A stretch of 64,000 nucleotides of DNA from the human T2T-CHM13v2.0 reference genome, Homo sapiens. Both the position numbers and the translations under genes were made by a program. The stretch lies in the NCBI RefSeq assembly GCF_009914755.1, contig NC_060937.1; one strand, 5' to 3'. Shown here piece after piece: positions 1 to 14,051 of this stretch; position 1 is the stretch's first letter; every line of letters begins with the position of its first letter. The notes under the pieces are model-generated. The model did not search any database. It was not told where the DNA came from and saw nothing but the letters and a program-made list of their open reading frames with translations.

Positions 1-755
<755 letters not shown>

Positions 756-1043
756 GTAGTTTTAGGCTGCAATATCATAGTAAGGTATTCATGTCAACAG
801 GGTCAGTAGGTCACAAGTTCTCTAAGTTTGAAGCGTCAGCTTCAACCAAACAAATTAATGGCTATTCTACATTCAAAAATCAGGAAATTTAAATTTATTA
901 TGAAATGTAATGCAGCATGTAGTAAAGACTTAACCAGTGTTTTAAAACTCAACTTTCAAAGAAAAGATAGTATTGCTCCCTGTTTCATTAAAACCTAGAG
1001 AGATGTAATCAGTAAGCAAGAAGGAAAAAGGGAAATTCACAAA

Positions 1044-1077
1044 GTAACTTTTTGTGTCTGTTTCTTTTTAACCCAGC
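1044..1077 (+). promoter_or_regulatory. CYSLTR2: 3' splice acceptor of the CYSLTR2 coding exon
   Basis: Branch-point-like gtaac (1044-1048), pyrimidine tract tttttgtgtctgtttcttttt, and cAG at 1074-1076, leaving 1 nt before ATG 1078. Confidence 0.8.
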
Positions 1078-2118
1078 ATGGAGAGAAAATTTATGTCCTT
1101 GCAACCATCCATCTCCGTATCAGAAATGGAACCAAATGGCACCTTCAGCAATAACAACAGCAGGAACTGCACAATTGAAAACTTCAAGAGAGAATTTTTC
1201 CCAATTGTATATCTGATAATATTTTTCTGGGGAGTCTTGGGAAATGGGTTGTCCATATATGTTTTCCTGCAGCCTTATAAGAAGTCCACATCTGTGAACG
1301 TTTTCATGCTAAATCTGGCCATTTCAGATCTCCTGTTCATAAGCACGCTTCCCTTCAGGGCTGACTATTATCTTAGAGGCTCCAATTGGATATTTGGAGA
1401 CCTGGCCTGCAGGATTATGTCTTATTCCTTGTATGTCAACATGTACAGCAGTATTTATTTCCTGACCGTGCTGAGTGTTGTGCGTTTCCTGGCAATGGTT
1501 CACCCCTTTCGGCTTCTGCATGTCACCAGCATCAGGAGTGCCTGGATCCTCTGTGGGATCATATGGATCCTTATCATGGCTTCCTCAATAATGCTCCTGG
1601 ACAGTGGCTCTGAGCAGAACGGCAGTGTCACATCATGCTTAGAGCTGAATCTCTATAAAATTGCTAAGCTGCAGACCATGAACTATATTGCCTTGGTGGT
1701 GGGCTGCCTGCTGCCATTTTTCACACTCAGCATCTGTTATCTGCTGATCATTCGGGTTCTGTTAAAAGTGGAGGTCCCAGAATCGGGGCTGCGGGTTTCT
1801 CACAGGAAGGCACTGACCACCATCATCATCACCTTGATCATCTTCTTCTTGTGTTTCCTGCCCTATCACACACTGAGGACCGTCCACTTGACGACATGGA
1901 AAGTGGGTTTATGCAAAGACAGACTGCATAAAGCTTTGGTTATCACACTGGCCTTGGCAGCAGCCAATGCCTGCTTCAATCCTCTGCTCTATTACTTTGC
2001 TGGGGAGAATTTTAAGGACAGACTAAAGTCTGCACTCAGAAAAGGCCATCCACAGAAGGCAAAGACAAAGTGTGTTTTCCCTGTTAGTGTGTGGTTGAGA
2101 AAGGAAACAAGAGTATAA
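1078..2118 (+). CDS. CYSLTR2: Cysteinyl leukotriene receptor 2 (class A GPCR, 346 aa, uninterrupted CDS)
   Basis: Seven hydrophobic segments, GN in TM1, LAISD in TM2, VRF in place of DRY, CFLPYH in TM6 and NPLLY in TM7. Recognisable N-terminus [24 protein letters not shown] and C-terminus ETRV. Confidence 0.99.
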   Translation: MERKFMSLQPSISVSEMEPNGTFSNNNSRNCTIENFKREFFPIVYLIIFFWGVLGNGLSIYVFLQPYKKSTSVNVFMLNLAISDLLFISTLPFRADYYLRGSNWIFGDLACRIMSYSLYVNMYSSIYFLTVLSVVRFLAMVHPFRLLHVTSIRSAWILCGIIWILIMASSIMLLDSGSEQNGSVTSCLELNLYKIAKLQTMNYIALVVGCLLPFFTLSICYLLIIRVLLKVEVPESGLRVSHRKALTTIIITLIIFFLCFLPYHTLRTVHLTTWKVGLCKDRLHKALVITLALAAANACFNPLLYYFAGENFKDRLKSALRKGHPQKAKTKCVFPVSVWLRKETRV

Positions 2119-3224
2119 GGAGCTCTTAGATGAGACCTGTTCTTGTATCCTTGTGTCCATCTTCATTCACTCATAGTCTCCAAATGACTTTGTATTTACA
2201 TCACTCCCAACAAATGTTGATTCTTAATATTTAGTTGACCATTACTTTTGTTAATAAGACCTACTTCAAAAATTTTATTCAGTGTATTTTCAGTTGTTGA
2301 GTCTTAATGAGGGATACAGGAGGAAAAATCCCTACTAGAGTCCTGTGGGCTGAAATATCAGACTGGGAAAAAATGCAAAGCACATTGGATCCTACTTTTC
2401 TTCAGATATTGAACCAGATCTCTGGCCCATCAGGCTTTCTAAATTCTTCAAAAGAGCCACAACTTCCCCAGCTTCTCCAGCTCCCCTGTCCTCTTCAATC
2501 CCTTGAGATATAGCCAACTAACGACGCTACTGGAAGCCCCAGAGCAGAAAAGAAGCACATCCTAAGATTCAGGGAAAGACTAACTGTGAAAAGGAAGGCT
2601 GTCCTATAACAAAGCAGCATCAAGTCCCAAGTAAGGACAGTGAGAGAAAAGGGGGAGAAGGATTGGAGCAAAAGAGAACTGGCAATAAGTAGGGGAAGGA
2701 AGAATTTCATTTTGCATTGGGAGAGAGGTTCTAACACACTGAAGGCAACCCTATTTCTACTGTTTCTCTCTTGCCAGGGTATTAGGAAGGACAGGAAAAG
2801 TAGGAGGAGGATCTGGGGCATTGCCCTAGGAAATGAAAGAATTGTGTATAGAATGGAAGGGGGATCATCAAGGACATGTATCTCAAATTTTCTTTGAGAT
2901 GCAGGTTAGTTGACCTTGCTGCAGTTCTCCTTCCCATTAATTCATTGGGATGGAAGCCAAAAATAAAAGAGGTGCCTCTGAGGATTAGGGTTGAGCACTC
3001 AAGGGAAAGATGGAGTAGAGGGCAAATAGCAAAAGTTGTTGCACTCCTGAAATTCTATTAACATTTCCGCAGAAGATGAGTAGGGAGATGCTGCCTTCCC
3101 TTTTGAGATAGTGTAGAAAAACACTAGATAGTGTGAGAGGTTCCTTTCTGTCCACTGAAACAAGGCTAAGGATACTACCAACTACTATCACCATGACCAT
3201 TGTACTGACAACAATTGAATGCAG

Positions 3225-3372
3225 TCTCCCTGCAGGGCAGATTATGCCAGGCACTTTACATTTGTTGATCCCATTTGACATTCACACCAAAGCTCTGAGT
3301 TCCATTTTACAGCTGAAGAAATTGAAGCTTAGAGAAATTAAGAAGCTTGTTTAAGTTTACACAGCTAGTAAG
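3225..3372 (-). mobile_element. MIR
   Basis: Core 'ccattttacagctgaagaaattgaagcttagaga...acacagctagtaag'. Confidence 0.75.
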
Positions 3373-4398
3373 AGTTTTAAAAATCTCTGTGCAGAAGTGT
3401 TGGCTGGGTGCTCTCCCCACCACTACCCTTGTAAACTTCCAGGAAGATTGGTTGAAAGTCTGAATAAAAGCTGTCCTTTCCTACCAATTTCCTCCCCCTC
3501 CTCACTCTCACAAGAAAACCAAAAGTTTCTCTTCAGAGTTGTTGACTCATAGTACAGTAAAGGGTGGAGGTGATATGGCATTCTGAAAGTAGGGAGGGAC
3601 TAAGTCAGTCGTCATACTAAACAAAAATCCCAGTACCCTTTCCTTATTTAGCTACCAGAATGATGACAGACAGACTCAAACCCTGTCAAGACAGGACCCT
3701 GGAGGATCCTCCTATGGGGAAACTGCATAATCTGAAAAAAAGGCTGACAGATACAAATAGTTGAGGATCCTTCAGCACAAAAGCTGCGTGTCTGCCCTAT
3801 TACTCACCTGACGATGAAGCCCACAATGCAACAAATCCCTTCCACTCACAGCATTTGGTCAACCTGTCAGAGCCTCATTCTTAATTATGAACAGTAGTCA
3901 ATGAACACAATACATTTGGGGGAAAGGCCGTAACATGAAAGGCACCAACAAATAAATGTGAGAGTAGATAGAGACCTTTTGAGTATAAAAGATCCTCCAA
4001 AATAAGAGATTAAACCAAGATAGAGGAAAACACAGTAGCTGGGAAACAAGGAATCCAACGCAGGAGAAAGTGAAGAGAATTCCCAGGATGTTGGTGTGTA
4101 GCAGGCTTAGAAAGCAAGTCATTCATGTTGGAGCAGGACTCTTAAAGGACTCTAGGAGAGATGTCTCCCAGAAAAAGAAGAAATTAATTGATTCATACAC
4201 ATTGAGAGGGATTTAGATTTCTCTTGCAGAGATTGAGATAAACTAGTCATAAATACATAGAAAAATAAGCAAGTAAAAACGCAATACAGTTTTTAAGTGC
4301 TAGAGGAAAAGAAACTTTTGTATTAGAGAGGAAATATAACCACAGTACACTACATGGCTCAGCTGTGAATAATATTTACATAGAGGATAATGTGAATA

Positions 4399-5139
4399 TA
4401 ATAGTCTCCCATTATCTGTGGTTTTGCTTTCTGCAGTTCAGTTACAGCCAGCCAGTCTGAAAATATTAAATGGAAAATTCCAGAAATAATTCTTAAGTTT
4501 TAAAACATGTGCTGTTTTGAGTAGCATGTTGAAATCTCGCACTATCACCCTCCACCCATGTTCTGGGCAGGGCAAAGTGGGATGGTGTGAGATTTCTCCA
4601 GTGGATCCACAATGTATATGCTACCCACCCATGAGTCACTTAGTCATCATCCAGTTGCTCAGATCAACTGTTGTGGTATAACAGTGCTTGTGTTAAAGTC
4701 ACTCTTATTTTACTTACTAATGTCCCCAAAGCATAAGAGTAGTGATGCTGGCAAATAAGATACACCAAAGAGAAGCTGTAAAGTGCTTCCTCTAACAGAA
4801 AATGTGAAAGTTCTTGACTTAATAAGGAAAGAAAAAAAACACATGCTGAAGTTGCTAAGATCTACAGTAAGAACAAATCCATCTGTAAAATTGTGAAGAA
4901 GGCAAAAGAAATTTGTGCTAGTTTTGCTGTTGCACCACAAGCTGCAAAAATTATTTATTACACCCCACGGTGTGTGATAAACACTTAGTTAAGATGAAAA
5001 GGTATTAAATTTGTGGGTGGAAGACATGAACAGAAATGTGTTCCAATTGACAGCAATCGGGTTTGGTACTATTTGGGTTTGGTGCTATTCGTATTCAGGG
5101 TCTTGGAATGCAACTCCCACAGATAAGGGGGTGCTGCTG
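4399..5139 (+). mobile_element. MER44C-like Tigger (TcMar) non-autonomous DNA transposon
   Basis: TIR-like ends 'tagtctcccattatctgtgg' and 'ccacagataagggggtgctgctg'. Decayed transposase N-terminus (MSPKHKSSDAG*...KVLDLIRKEKK) starting at 4720. Confidence 0.85.
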
Positions 5140-5704
5140 GAGTGAAATACTGTGATATAACCTTTTTTTCAGGAAATGAAGGGAGAAGATGTGTACGTGT
5201 GTGGGAGAGGTATAAGAGACCTAGGTTGCCATATTCTATCACAGAAAATGCATAATAACTAAATCTGGAAAATGATGAATAGCTGTACAACCATATTATT
5301 TAGCAATAGGAGGTAAATACAGGTAGAAGCAGAAGAAAGAATGGGCAGGGGTTACCTCTATGGAGAAGCTGGGGTGGGAGGATAGGGTGGGGACTTATTT
5401 TACGAACTGTGTAATTGCCTAACTTGTGAATATGTATTTCTGAAGTAAAATAAAAATTAAGTTAAAATTAAATTTTAAAATTCAAACTAATTCTGAGTTG
5501 TTTTTTAAAACAAAAACAAAAAAAGACAAGAAAGCCCATCAGAAATGGAAACTGAACATTGACAGAAGAAAGGAAAGCAGGAAAGGACCAGAGTTGTATT
5601 TCAGTTCTTGAGAGAAGCCCATCTAGTCCTGCCATGGGAGGCAAGTCCTTTCTTGGGGTGAGGAAAGTCACTTTCTGGGGTTAGAGAGATTTTGATATGT
5701 TACT

Positions 5705-5950
5705 TGGGATATTTTTAGTTGCAAGTAACAGAAAACCCTACCCCAAGTGGCTTACATAATAAAGGGATTTGATTATCTCATATAACTGAAATATACCGAG
5801 GGAAGTTGGACTTCAGGCCTTGTTCAACCAGGACATCTGTGGGCTTTCCTCCCCAGATGTTGGCTCTGCCACATGGGTGAATCCTCTCATGGAAACAAGC
5901 TGACTGCAAGCAGCCTGAGACTACACACTTCCTTATTTGTTTCTAAAGCA
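5705..5950 (-). mobile_element. Ancient MLT1 (MaLR) LTR fragment
   Basis: 'ttagttgcaagtaacagaaaaccc...tggctt...aaagggattt' is typical of old MLT1 termini. Confidence 0.6.
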
Positions 5951-7752
5951 AACTAATGAAGAATGGATTACTCTGAATGAGGATGATGACAGTACACACC
6001 TAAAGTAGTTGAGGTGAAACCCGCTGAAATCTCATCTGGGAAAGGGGTGAAATGGGGCTTGCAGAGGCCACATATGTACTGCAAATGAGGTGGAGAGAGA
6101 GCTGCCAACCAGCTAAGCATCCATGCTGGGTGTGGCATGTAACTGAGCAGGCAGCCGGGCAGCTTTGGAGGGTGGGGGGAAATGCAGGCTCTAGGAAGAA
6201 GGGCAAAAGTTAAATTTTGAATTTCGGTTGTGAAGTCGTAGGGATTTTCAATTGTCAATGAGAAACCTTAACAACTTTCCAAGGGCAAAATGGCCCAAAT
6301 AAAGCTGGGAGTAACAGAGCAACCAAGGTCCTTAGGATGAGCATAAGAGAGGGGTTGTGAATTATTAATGTCTATGGTGTGTGTATGTGAGAGACAGACA
6401 GAGACAGAGATGTAATGGCTTACTTTTCCTTTTTCCAGCCAGAGTGAAGCCTCCTATTTGTTGAAATATGTCCTTGGAGAGGAAACAAAATGGAACTCTT
6501 TACTTACCATAGCAAAAGCCAAAAGTGTCCTGGGGTTTTGGACACAGCTCTTTTTGTTAGAGTGGGTATTTCCTCAAGCAAGTACATACCTTGTTCAACT
6601 GGGAGAAAGGATTTTTGTTGTGTAAACTTTGGTGGAATTATGAGACTGGAACTGTGCTTTCTCACTGGGGACCTAAGAAGCAAATGCCATTATATTTTGT
6701 AACTGTGTTAAATTCTTTATTTTGGATTTGATTAAGCTGATTTTCAGTTTATTCTGAAGTAGAGATTATGTCAAACTGGCCAAAGATGGGTTAGGAGAGG
6801 ACATGGCTTTCTGTAGAGAATTTATTTTTCTGTTTGGAAAAGAATTTGAAAATAGAAACCCAATCAGGGAAAATGAGAGTGGGGAGTGGGCACAGGGGTA
6901 ACTCTAGGGATGTGGTGATGGAAGATCCTTACTCTGAAGACATCTCATCCCCAAGCAGATGAAGGCAGCTGCTTGGGGCTAATAAAAGCCACCAAGAAAA
7001 ATATAATGAGAAAAAAACTTGTTAGAATGTTAATATATATTTTAAAGCTTTAATAAGTTTCCTTAAAGTATAGCATTGGCATAAGAATCTACAGAGAGAT
7101 TAAATAAATAGCTTGGACACAGATGCTAATTTATCTGGGGAGTTTGAAAAGCCTCAGAAGGGGTAGCTGCATGATGTGCTGAGGAGGCTAAATTCTAAAC
7201 CCAAGAACCTCCATCCCCAATCCCTGAAGACCCCTACATCCCGAGTGTGGGGTGACAGCAGGGATAACCTGACACTTAGGTCAGTGGAACAGTGGTTGAC
7301 TATCAGAGGAGTCTCCCTAATGAGCTGGCTCATGTAGGGCTTCAGGATCTTTGCATAACCTTCAAGTTAGGGGAAAACAAACCACCATGTTACTCTCAAA
7401 TTGGAGAGACATTGTAACAACGAAGACTTAATTTCCCATTAGCTTAAAGGGACAGGTGCTTAAAGTTTGATATAAATTAATGTAAACTAATGTTCTTAAT
7501 ATTAAGTATGATGCCTTGGAGCCATCTGGGTGAGAAGTTTCTATTTATTCTGGGCCTATGACCCTGGAGAAGTTTTTCAGAGAGATTCTGTCTGACTGCT
7601 CCAGCACAGTGTTTCAGCTCACAGTTTATATATGGACTATGGAGATTTAGTATGTAGAAGATCACATCAAACTTGCTCAGAAGTTATATCAAAGCAGAAT
7701 CACATGAATGTTTAGGTGTAAGAGCACCTGGTTATAGATTACAGAGTCATAA

Positions 7753-8439
<687 letters not shown>

Positions 8440-11269
8440 CCTTGTTAGACATTATCTTATGTGTAGGAAAAGGCAAGGACTAGGGTCATTTATCTTTTAA
8501 AGAATGTAGTGACTCAGGCAGGAGACATGGGAGGCTGTGTCCTCTAAGCTGTTTTGTCTTCAAAGCACCCATCCAGAGACCTGCATGTTGTCACAGAGCC
8601 ATGGACTTTATGAAATTATGCTAGCAAGCAGAAATGAGCAAACATGGCTTCTTACATTTGCTATTTGATCCCGCAAGTTTCTGCTTTTGTTCATAAATCA
8701 ACTGTTTGGTTACATTTACAGGACCAACATCAATTGTCCCACATAGCTAGAAAGCCTCTTTCCTGAGAAGGTCACTAATTTCTCAGTTGCAGTTGTAAGG
8801 AATGAGCATCAGGCCCAACATGCATACTTGCCTATTTATTGGAAAACACTTTGGGTTGCATCTGTTTTTCTAATGAGTATGATCCTTTTTTTTTTCTGGC
8901 ATTGCCTTTCCTGTGCCTAACACAGCACCTCAATAGGACTATTACAAGAATACTACAGATTATGCATAGCAGTGTATACTTAATAGCATTAAAGTGAGTT
9001 ACAGACAGAAAAAAATATGATAACCATTTAACAAAACTGCAACATATATTTGAATTCTTTAAATTAATTGTACTATTTTCTCTCTTTTTGTACCCATATT
9101 TATTAAAGCCTTTTTTTCACAAAAACAATTTTGGACTAGAGTTTATCACATTAATAATATATTCATACAAATATAACTTTAGAAAAGATTTAACAAGATA
9201 ACCAAACTTACTACTGAAAACAGACTTTTATGAATTTATATAATTGTTGGAACATTTATTTCAATAACACACTCATAAATGTAACTGAAAGAAAATCTAG
9301 TGTCATCATTTGACAATGCCTCTCATACAATTTACCAAATAATTCTTATCCTTTCATCCAAAAAAGACTTAATTTATGATTTTAATCTTGGGGAACTTGA
9401 CTCAGATGTCAAAAGATTTAAAACATTTAATCAAAACAGAATCATGAGGCATTATAAAATAAGTTATTCTTTTAACCAGAGTAATAATCAAAAGGTTTCA
9501 AAAGTAATACATAAAGTTTCATGGATGTAAAAGCCTTAATCCTTTTAAAGCTCTGTTTTCTTATGTAACCAAACACCTAATAAAAACAATGTAGGAATTA
9601 TCTTGATAGAATATAAAATCTTTGTTTTTTAGGCCAGTTCCCAAAAAGGTAAAGAAAAACCTCTTACAGTGTGATTGCTTCCCCTTATGGGAAGCCCATT
9701 TAGAAAACCTGGAAGTCAAATCTGATGAAAAGAGTATTTGAATTTAATCAGACACAGGAAGAGTGTGTCCAGGGTCATGAGTAAACACTATATTTTAGAA
9801 GAATGTAAACAAGTAAACTAGTACCTTGAGCAAGGGAATACATGCTCTTAGTAACAGCATGGAAAGTTCCCCGGTTACATGGAACAATTTAGACATACCA
9901 AAAAAAGTCAAAAGCCCAAAATCAAGTTATACTGGAGGAAAACCTTGCTTTTCTAGACCTTTAAGATAAACATTTCAGCATTAGGCCACAGCGGCAAAGG
10001 TAGAACGGGAGAAAAAAGTGTTACAGGAGTTGATGAGAAGGTTAAAAGAAATGGTTATTATTCCAGCCAAGCAAAAAGACATACCTTCTCAAGGGGGGAC
10101 AAAAATAGAAGGCAATTATATATGACCTGCAAATCATGTGCAGTGAGGTACAATAAAAGTTAAAATTTCTGAGGTACAAGTTTGAGAAGTTTCAAAAAGA
10201 AACAAATTTCAGGATTAAAAACCAAAACCTCTTGTAATTTTACAAAGAGCAAATTAATACTTTAAGAAAACCTTGTTCTAACATACGAGATCAAAATTTT
10301 TAGTTTTGTATTAATGTATTTTTAATATTAAAGCTCAATATTTAGAAACACTGTTATTTTTTTAATTATAGCCAACTTAATCACATACAAAATTCATTTT
10401 ATAAATTCTCTTTTCACAAACTTTATTATGACTTACACAAACCATGTATAACATGCTTGGACTTTCTGCTTTGTCTAATCCTTTCTCTTTCTTAAATAAC
10501 CAGTCATTTTGTTTAAGAAGAAAAATTTACCATACAAGATCCTTTCTCATAAAATATTATTCTCTTATTTTCTACCTTCCTTACCAAAATTACATCTTCA
10601 TATCTATAACTTTCTTCCCATATCTCTCCCCTAGTGACTGCTTCCTTTTTATCTTATTTCATAAATAATCTACAAATTAGACAAAATTTTTATTTTTCTC
10701 AATAAAGAGCACATTTTTATGCCTTTCTTATAACTTTTCTTCTTAAAAACACATCATATTTTGGGGGTACATTTTATGCATAGAATTATATCTATTAATT
10801 AGCATTTTTATTCTTAGTAAACTTAAAGTTTAGTATAAAACTAGAAACCAAGCAATCTTGAATTGTCTGGCACATGTCAGTATTTTATAGATGAGAAACA
10901 TTTTATAATTTCTTAAAAACACCTTTCCTTATAAGTTTTTCTTAATTGGAAATGACCCAAACATTTAATGAGTATCTATTATTTAATTTAACATAACATT
11001 AAGATTTTAAACTACATGAAAAGGTCATTATAAGCATTTATCTCATTTACATTTATTTAATTTACTTAGTTTTTAATAGTTTACCTAGATTACTTATAAA
11101 AACTGAAATATTAGACAAAGCTAGTCATCATTACAAGATATTCCCCTGTTAATCATTTTATAGTCCGTGAATATCAGGTGTTTACCTAAATAAGAACCTT
11201 AAAGTGAAATATATGGGTATTTTCCTGGTAACTCAGAAGACTTGGCTGTTTTCACTAAGCCAATATTAT

Positions 11270-12931
11270 TATTATTATTAATTTATATACATTTATGGGG
11301 TACATGTGCAATTTTGTTACATACTTAGATTGCATAGTGATCAAGTCAGGGCTTTTAGGTTATCCATTACCCAAATAACATGCATTGTACTTATTAAGTA
11401 ATTTCTAATCATCCATCCCCCTCCACCCTCTCACCCTTCTGAGTCTCCATTGTCTATCTCCACTCTCTTCTGTCCATGTGTACACATTTTTAGCACCTAC
11501 TTATGACTGAGAACATGCAATATTTGACTTCCTGTGTCTACCTTGTTTCACTTAAGATAGTGAAATCTAGTTCCATCCATGTTGCTGCAAAAGACATGAT
11601 TTCATTCTTTTTATGACTGAATAGGATTCCATTGTATACATATACCACATCTTCTTTATCCAGTCAACCATTGGTGGACACAGGTTGATTCCATATTTTT
11701 GCTATTGTGAATAGCACTGTGATAAACATATGAATGTGGATATGTTTTTTATATACTGATTTATTTTCCTTTTGGTAGATATCCAGTAGTGGGATTGTTA
11801 GATTGAATGATAATCCTATTTTAGTTCTTTGCAGAACCTTCATACTGTTTTCCATAGACGTTGTACTAATTTAAATTCCCACCAACAGTGTATAAGAGTT
11901 TTCTTTTCTCCACATCCTCGCCAACATTTGTTATTTTTTGCTTTTTTAATAATAGTAATTCTGACTGGGATAAGATGATATCTTTGTTGTGTGTGCTTTT
12001 TTTAAGGGGCAGGTAGTAATGAGGGAAGCTCAAATTTCTATTTTTCTTTTTTGTGGCCATGAGGTATTGCTGTGTTGCCCAAGCTGGTCTTGAACTCCTG
12101 CGCCCAAGAAATCTTTATCCATCAGCCTCCCAAAGTGCTGGGATTACAGGTGTCAGCCTCCACACTGGCCTAATTGTGGTTTTAATTTGCATTTGATGAT
12201 GATTAGTGATATTGAGTATTTTTTCATATACTTGGCTATTTCTATGTCTTCTTTGGAAAAATGTCTATTCATGATCTTTGACCACTTTTCAGTAAAATTA
12301 TTTGATCTTTTGTTGTTGTTGAGTTGAATTCTTGTACAGTTTGGATATTAGTCCCCTGTTGGATGCATTCTACAGGTTGTCTGTTCACTCTGCTGATTAT
12401 TTCTTTTGCTCTACAGAAGCTTTTCAGTTTAATTAAGTCTCATTTGTCTATTTTTGTTTTTCTTGCCTGTATTTTTGAGGTCTTAGTCATATTTTTGAGG
12501 TCTTTTGCCTAGATCAATGTCCAGAAGAGTTTTCCCTAGTTTTTTTTCCTGGTATTTGTATAGTTTGGTGTTTTATGTTTAAGTCTTTACTCCATCTTGA
12601 GTTTATTTTTGTATATGATGAGAGATATGAATCCAGTTTCATTCTTCTGTATATGACAATTCAATTATCCCAGAACCATATATTGAAAAAGGTGTCCTTT
12701 TCCCAAAGTATGTTCTTGCTGTCTTTGTCAAAGATCCATTGGCTGCAAATATGTGGCTTTATTTCTGGGTTCTCTTTTCTGTTCCATTGATCTATGTGTC
12801 TATTTTTATACCAGTACCATGCTGTTTTGATTATTGTAGCCTTATAATTTAAAATCAGGTAATATGATGCCTCCAACTTTGTCCTTTTGCTTAGGGTTGC
12901 TTCAGCTATTCGAACTCTTTTTTGGTTCCAC
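11270..12931 (-). mobile_element. 5'-truncated L1 (L1PB/L1MA-type): 3' UTR plus the end of ORF2
   Basis: Minus-strand ORF2 C-terminal peptides such as '[23 protein letters not shown]', a (tta)n tail, and a degenerate TSD caatatta on both sides. Confidence 0.9.
11997..12170 (-). mobile_element. Alu left monomer (FLAM-C-like) with an extra 3' unique tail, inserted in L1
   Basis: Monomer at 12052-12170, then an A-rich tract, about 30 nt of non-Alu sequence and A7. L1 text resumes on both sides. Confidence 0.8.
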
Positions 12932-13884
12932 AAAACCAACAATATTATATTAGTTTCTTATTTATAAAAAAATTACACAAACAAATGTCATTCTGGTTTT
13001 GGCTGGGTTTATAAACTTCATGCCAAACCATGGCACTTTAAAATATATAGAAGAACAAACATAAAATTGTGTGATCAGGAAACCCAGGCAAAAAAGTATG
13101 CTGACAATTTTGAAGACATTTCTATTTTACTTTTCTCAATATTTTTAAAACCAGCTTATTTATTAAAGTTGTACTTAAATCAATGAACTTTGAAAATATT
13201 TGGGCTTACTAATTTATTAGCTCATTTATTTACAAATCAATTAGGTACCATGTAGACACAACCTATAAGATAATACATGTATGCATACATAAACACATCT
13301 AAACATACACACACACAAATAAAGATCATTGCTTACATTTTAGAATTTGAGCCATGAGGTAGTAATACAAACTCACTGAATTATAAAAGATGGTTGGGTC
13401 CAAATTATATTTGGGACCTTTTCATATGGCTAAACTTTATTTGCCCCAATGGGTAATCTGATGAGGGCTGTGGACAAAATTTTGGGTAAAGCAGTTTTCA
13501 TGGTAGTTTGATTTTTAAAACCTCTCACACCTTTTTTTTTTCAGTGTCAAATGAGTTTATGGTTAAATTTTCAACGTTTACATGGCTGAATTGTATAAGA
13601 AAAAATCTCCAAGTAACTTTGAATTAGTAATACCATAAACAGTGTGTTTTATCTCAACATCAGTAGAAAAGTCAGCAGATTCAAAGTAGGCAGGAAAAAA
13701 ATAGAGAGATAGAGAATTTAGAAGGCTTTACATGTTAACTCTATAGTTGCAGGGATAATTAACATTTGAGTTCTGAATTTTTCTTGATGTAATTTGCCCA
13801 CCCATTTAAAATGTGCATAAGAATGGGCCATAATATGTAGCTAACTGGAGTCCCAGAAAACCTACTATACTATACCTTTGTGTG

Positions 13885-14051
13885 TAAAAGTCTCATTTTT
13901 TGCCATTTCAATGTTAAGTTCCCTTTAGTAAAGCCTCCCATCTAGGGAGATGCTTGCAAATATAGGCTCCGTATGTATTAGACATGAAGCCTGCTGGATC
14001 TTGGGGGCTTAGTTCCCCTGTTCTTTCAGTATGGGATTATTTGTCTCCCAT
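13885..14051 (-). pseudogene. Remnant of ERV gag N-terminus (matrix)
   Basis: Minus frame from ATG 14051 reads MGDK*SHTERTGELSPQDPAGFMSNTYGAYICKHLPRWEALLKGNLTLKW. It has an MGxxxS myristoylation pattern and lies about 720 nt after the PBS. Confidence 0.6.

Larger units (their letters stand above)
2119..5480 (+). other. CYSLTR2: Probable CYSLTR2 3' UTR, with candidate poly(A) hexamers AATAAA at 2962, 3463 and 5449
   Basis: Non-coding sequence directly after the stop codon. The hexamers are visible in the sequence, but the true transcript end(s) cannot be fixed from sequence alone. Confidence 0.55.

Noticed and set aside
1068-1613. Short ORFs overlapping CYSLTR2 in other frames or strands
   Set aside because: They are under 80 aa, have no recognisable domain, and are expected by chance within a CDS.
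11664-12942. ORFs with reverse-transcriptase-element-like peptides (also at 30892, 36456-37185 and 60161-60530)
   Set aside because: They are fragmented L1 ORF2 remnants with stops and frameshifts.
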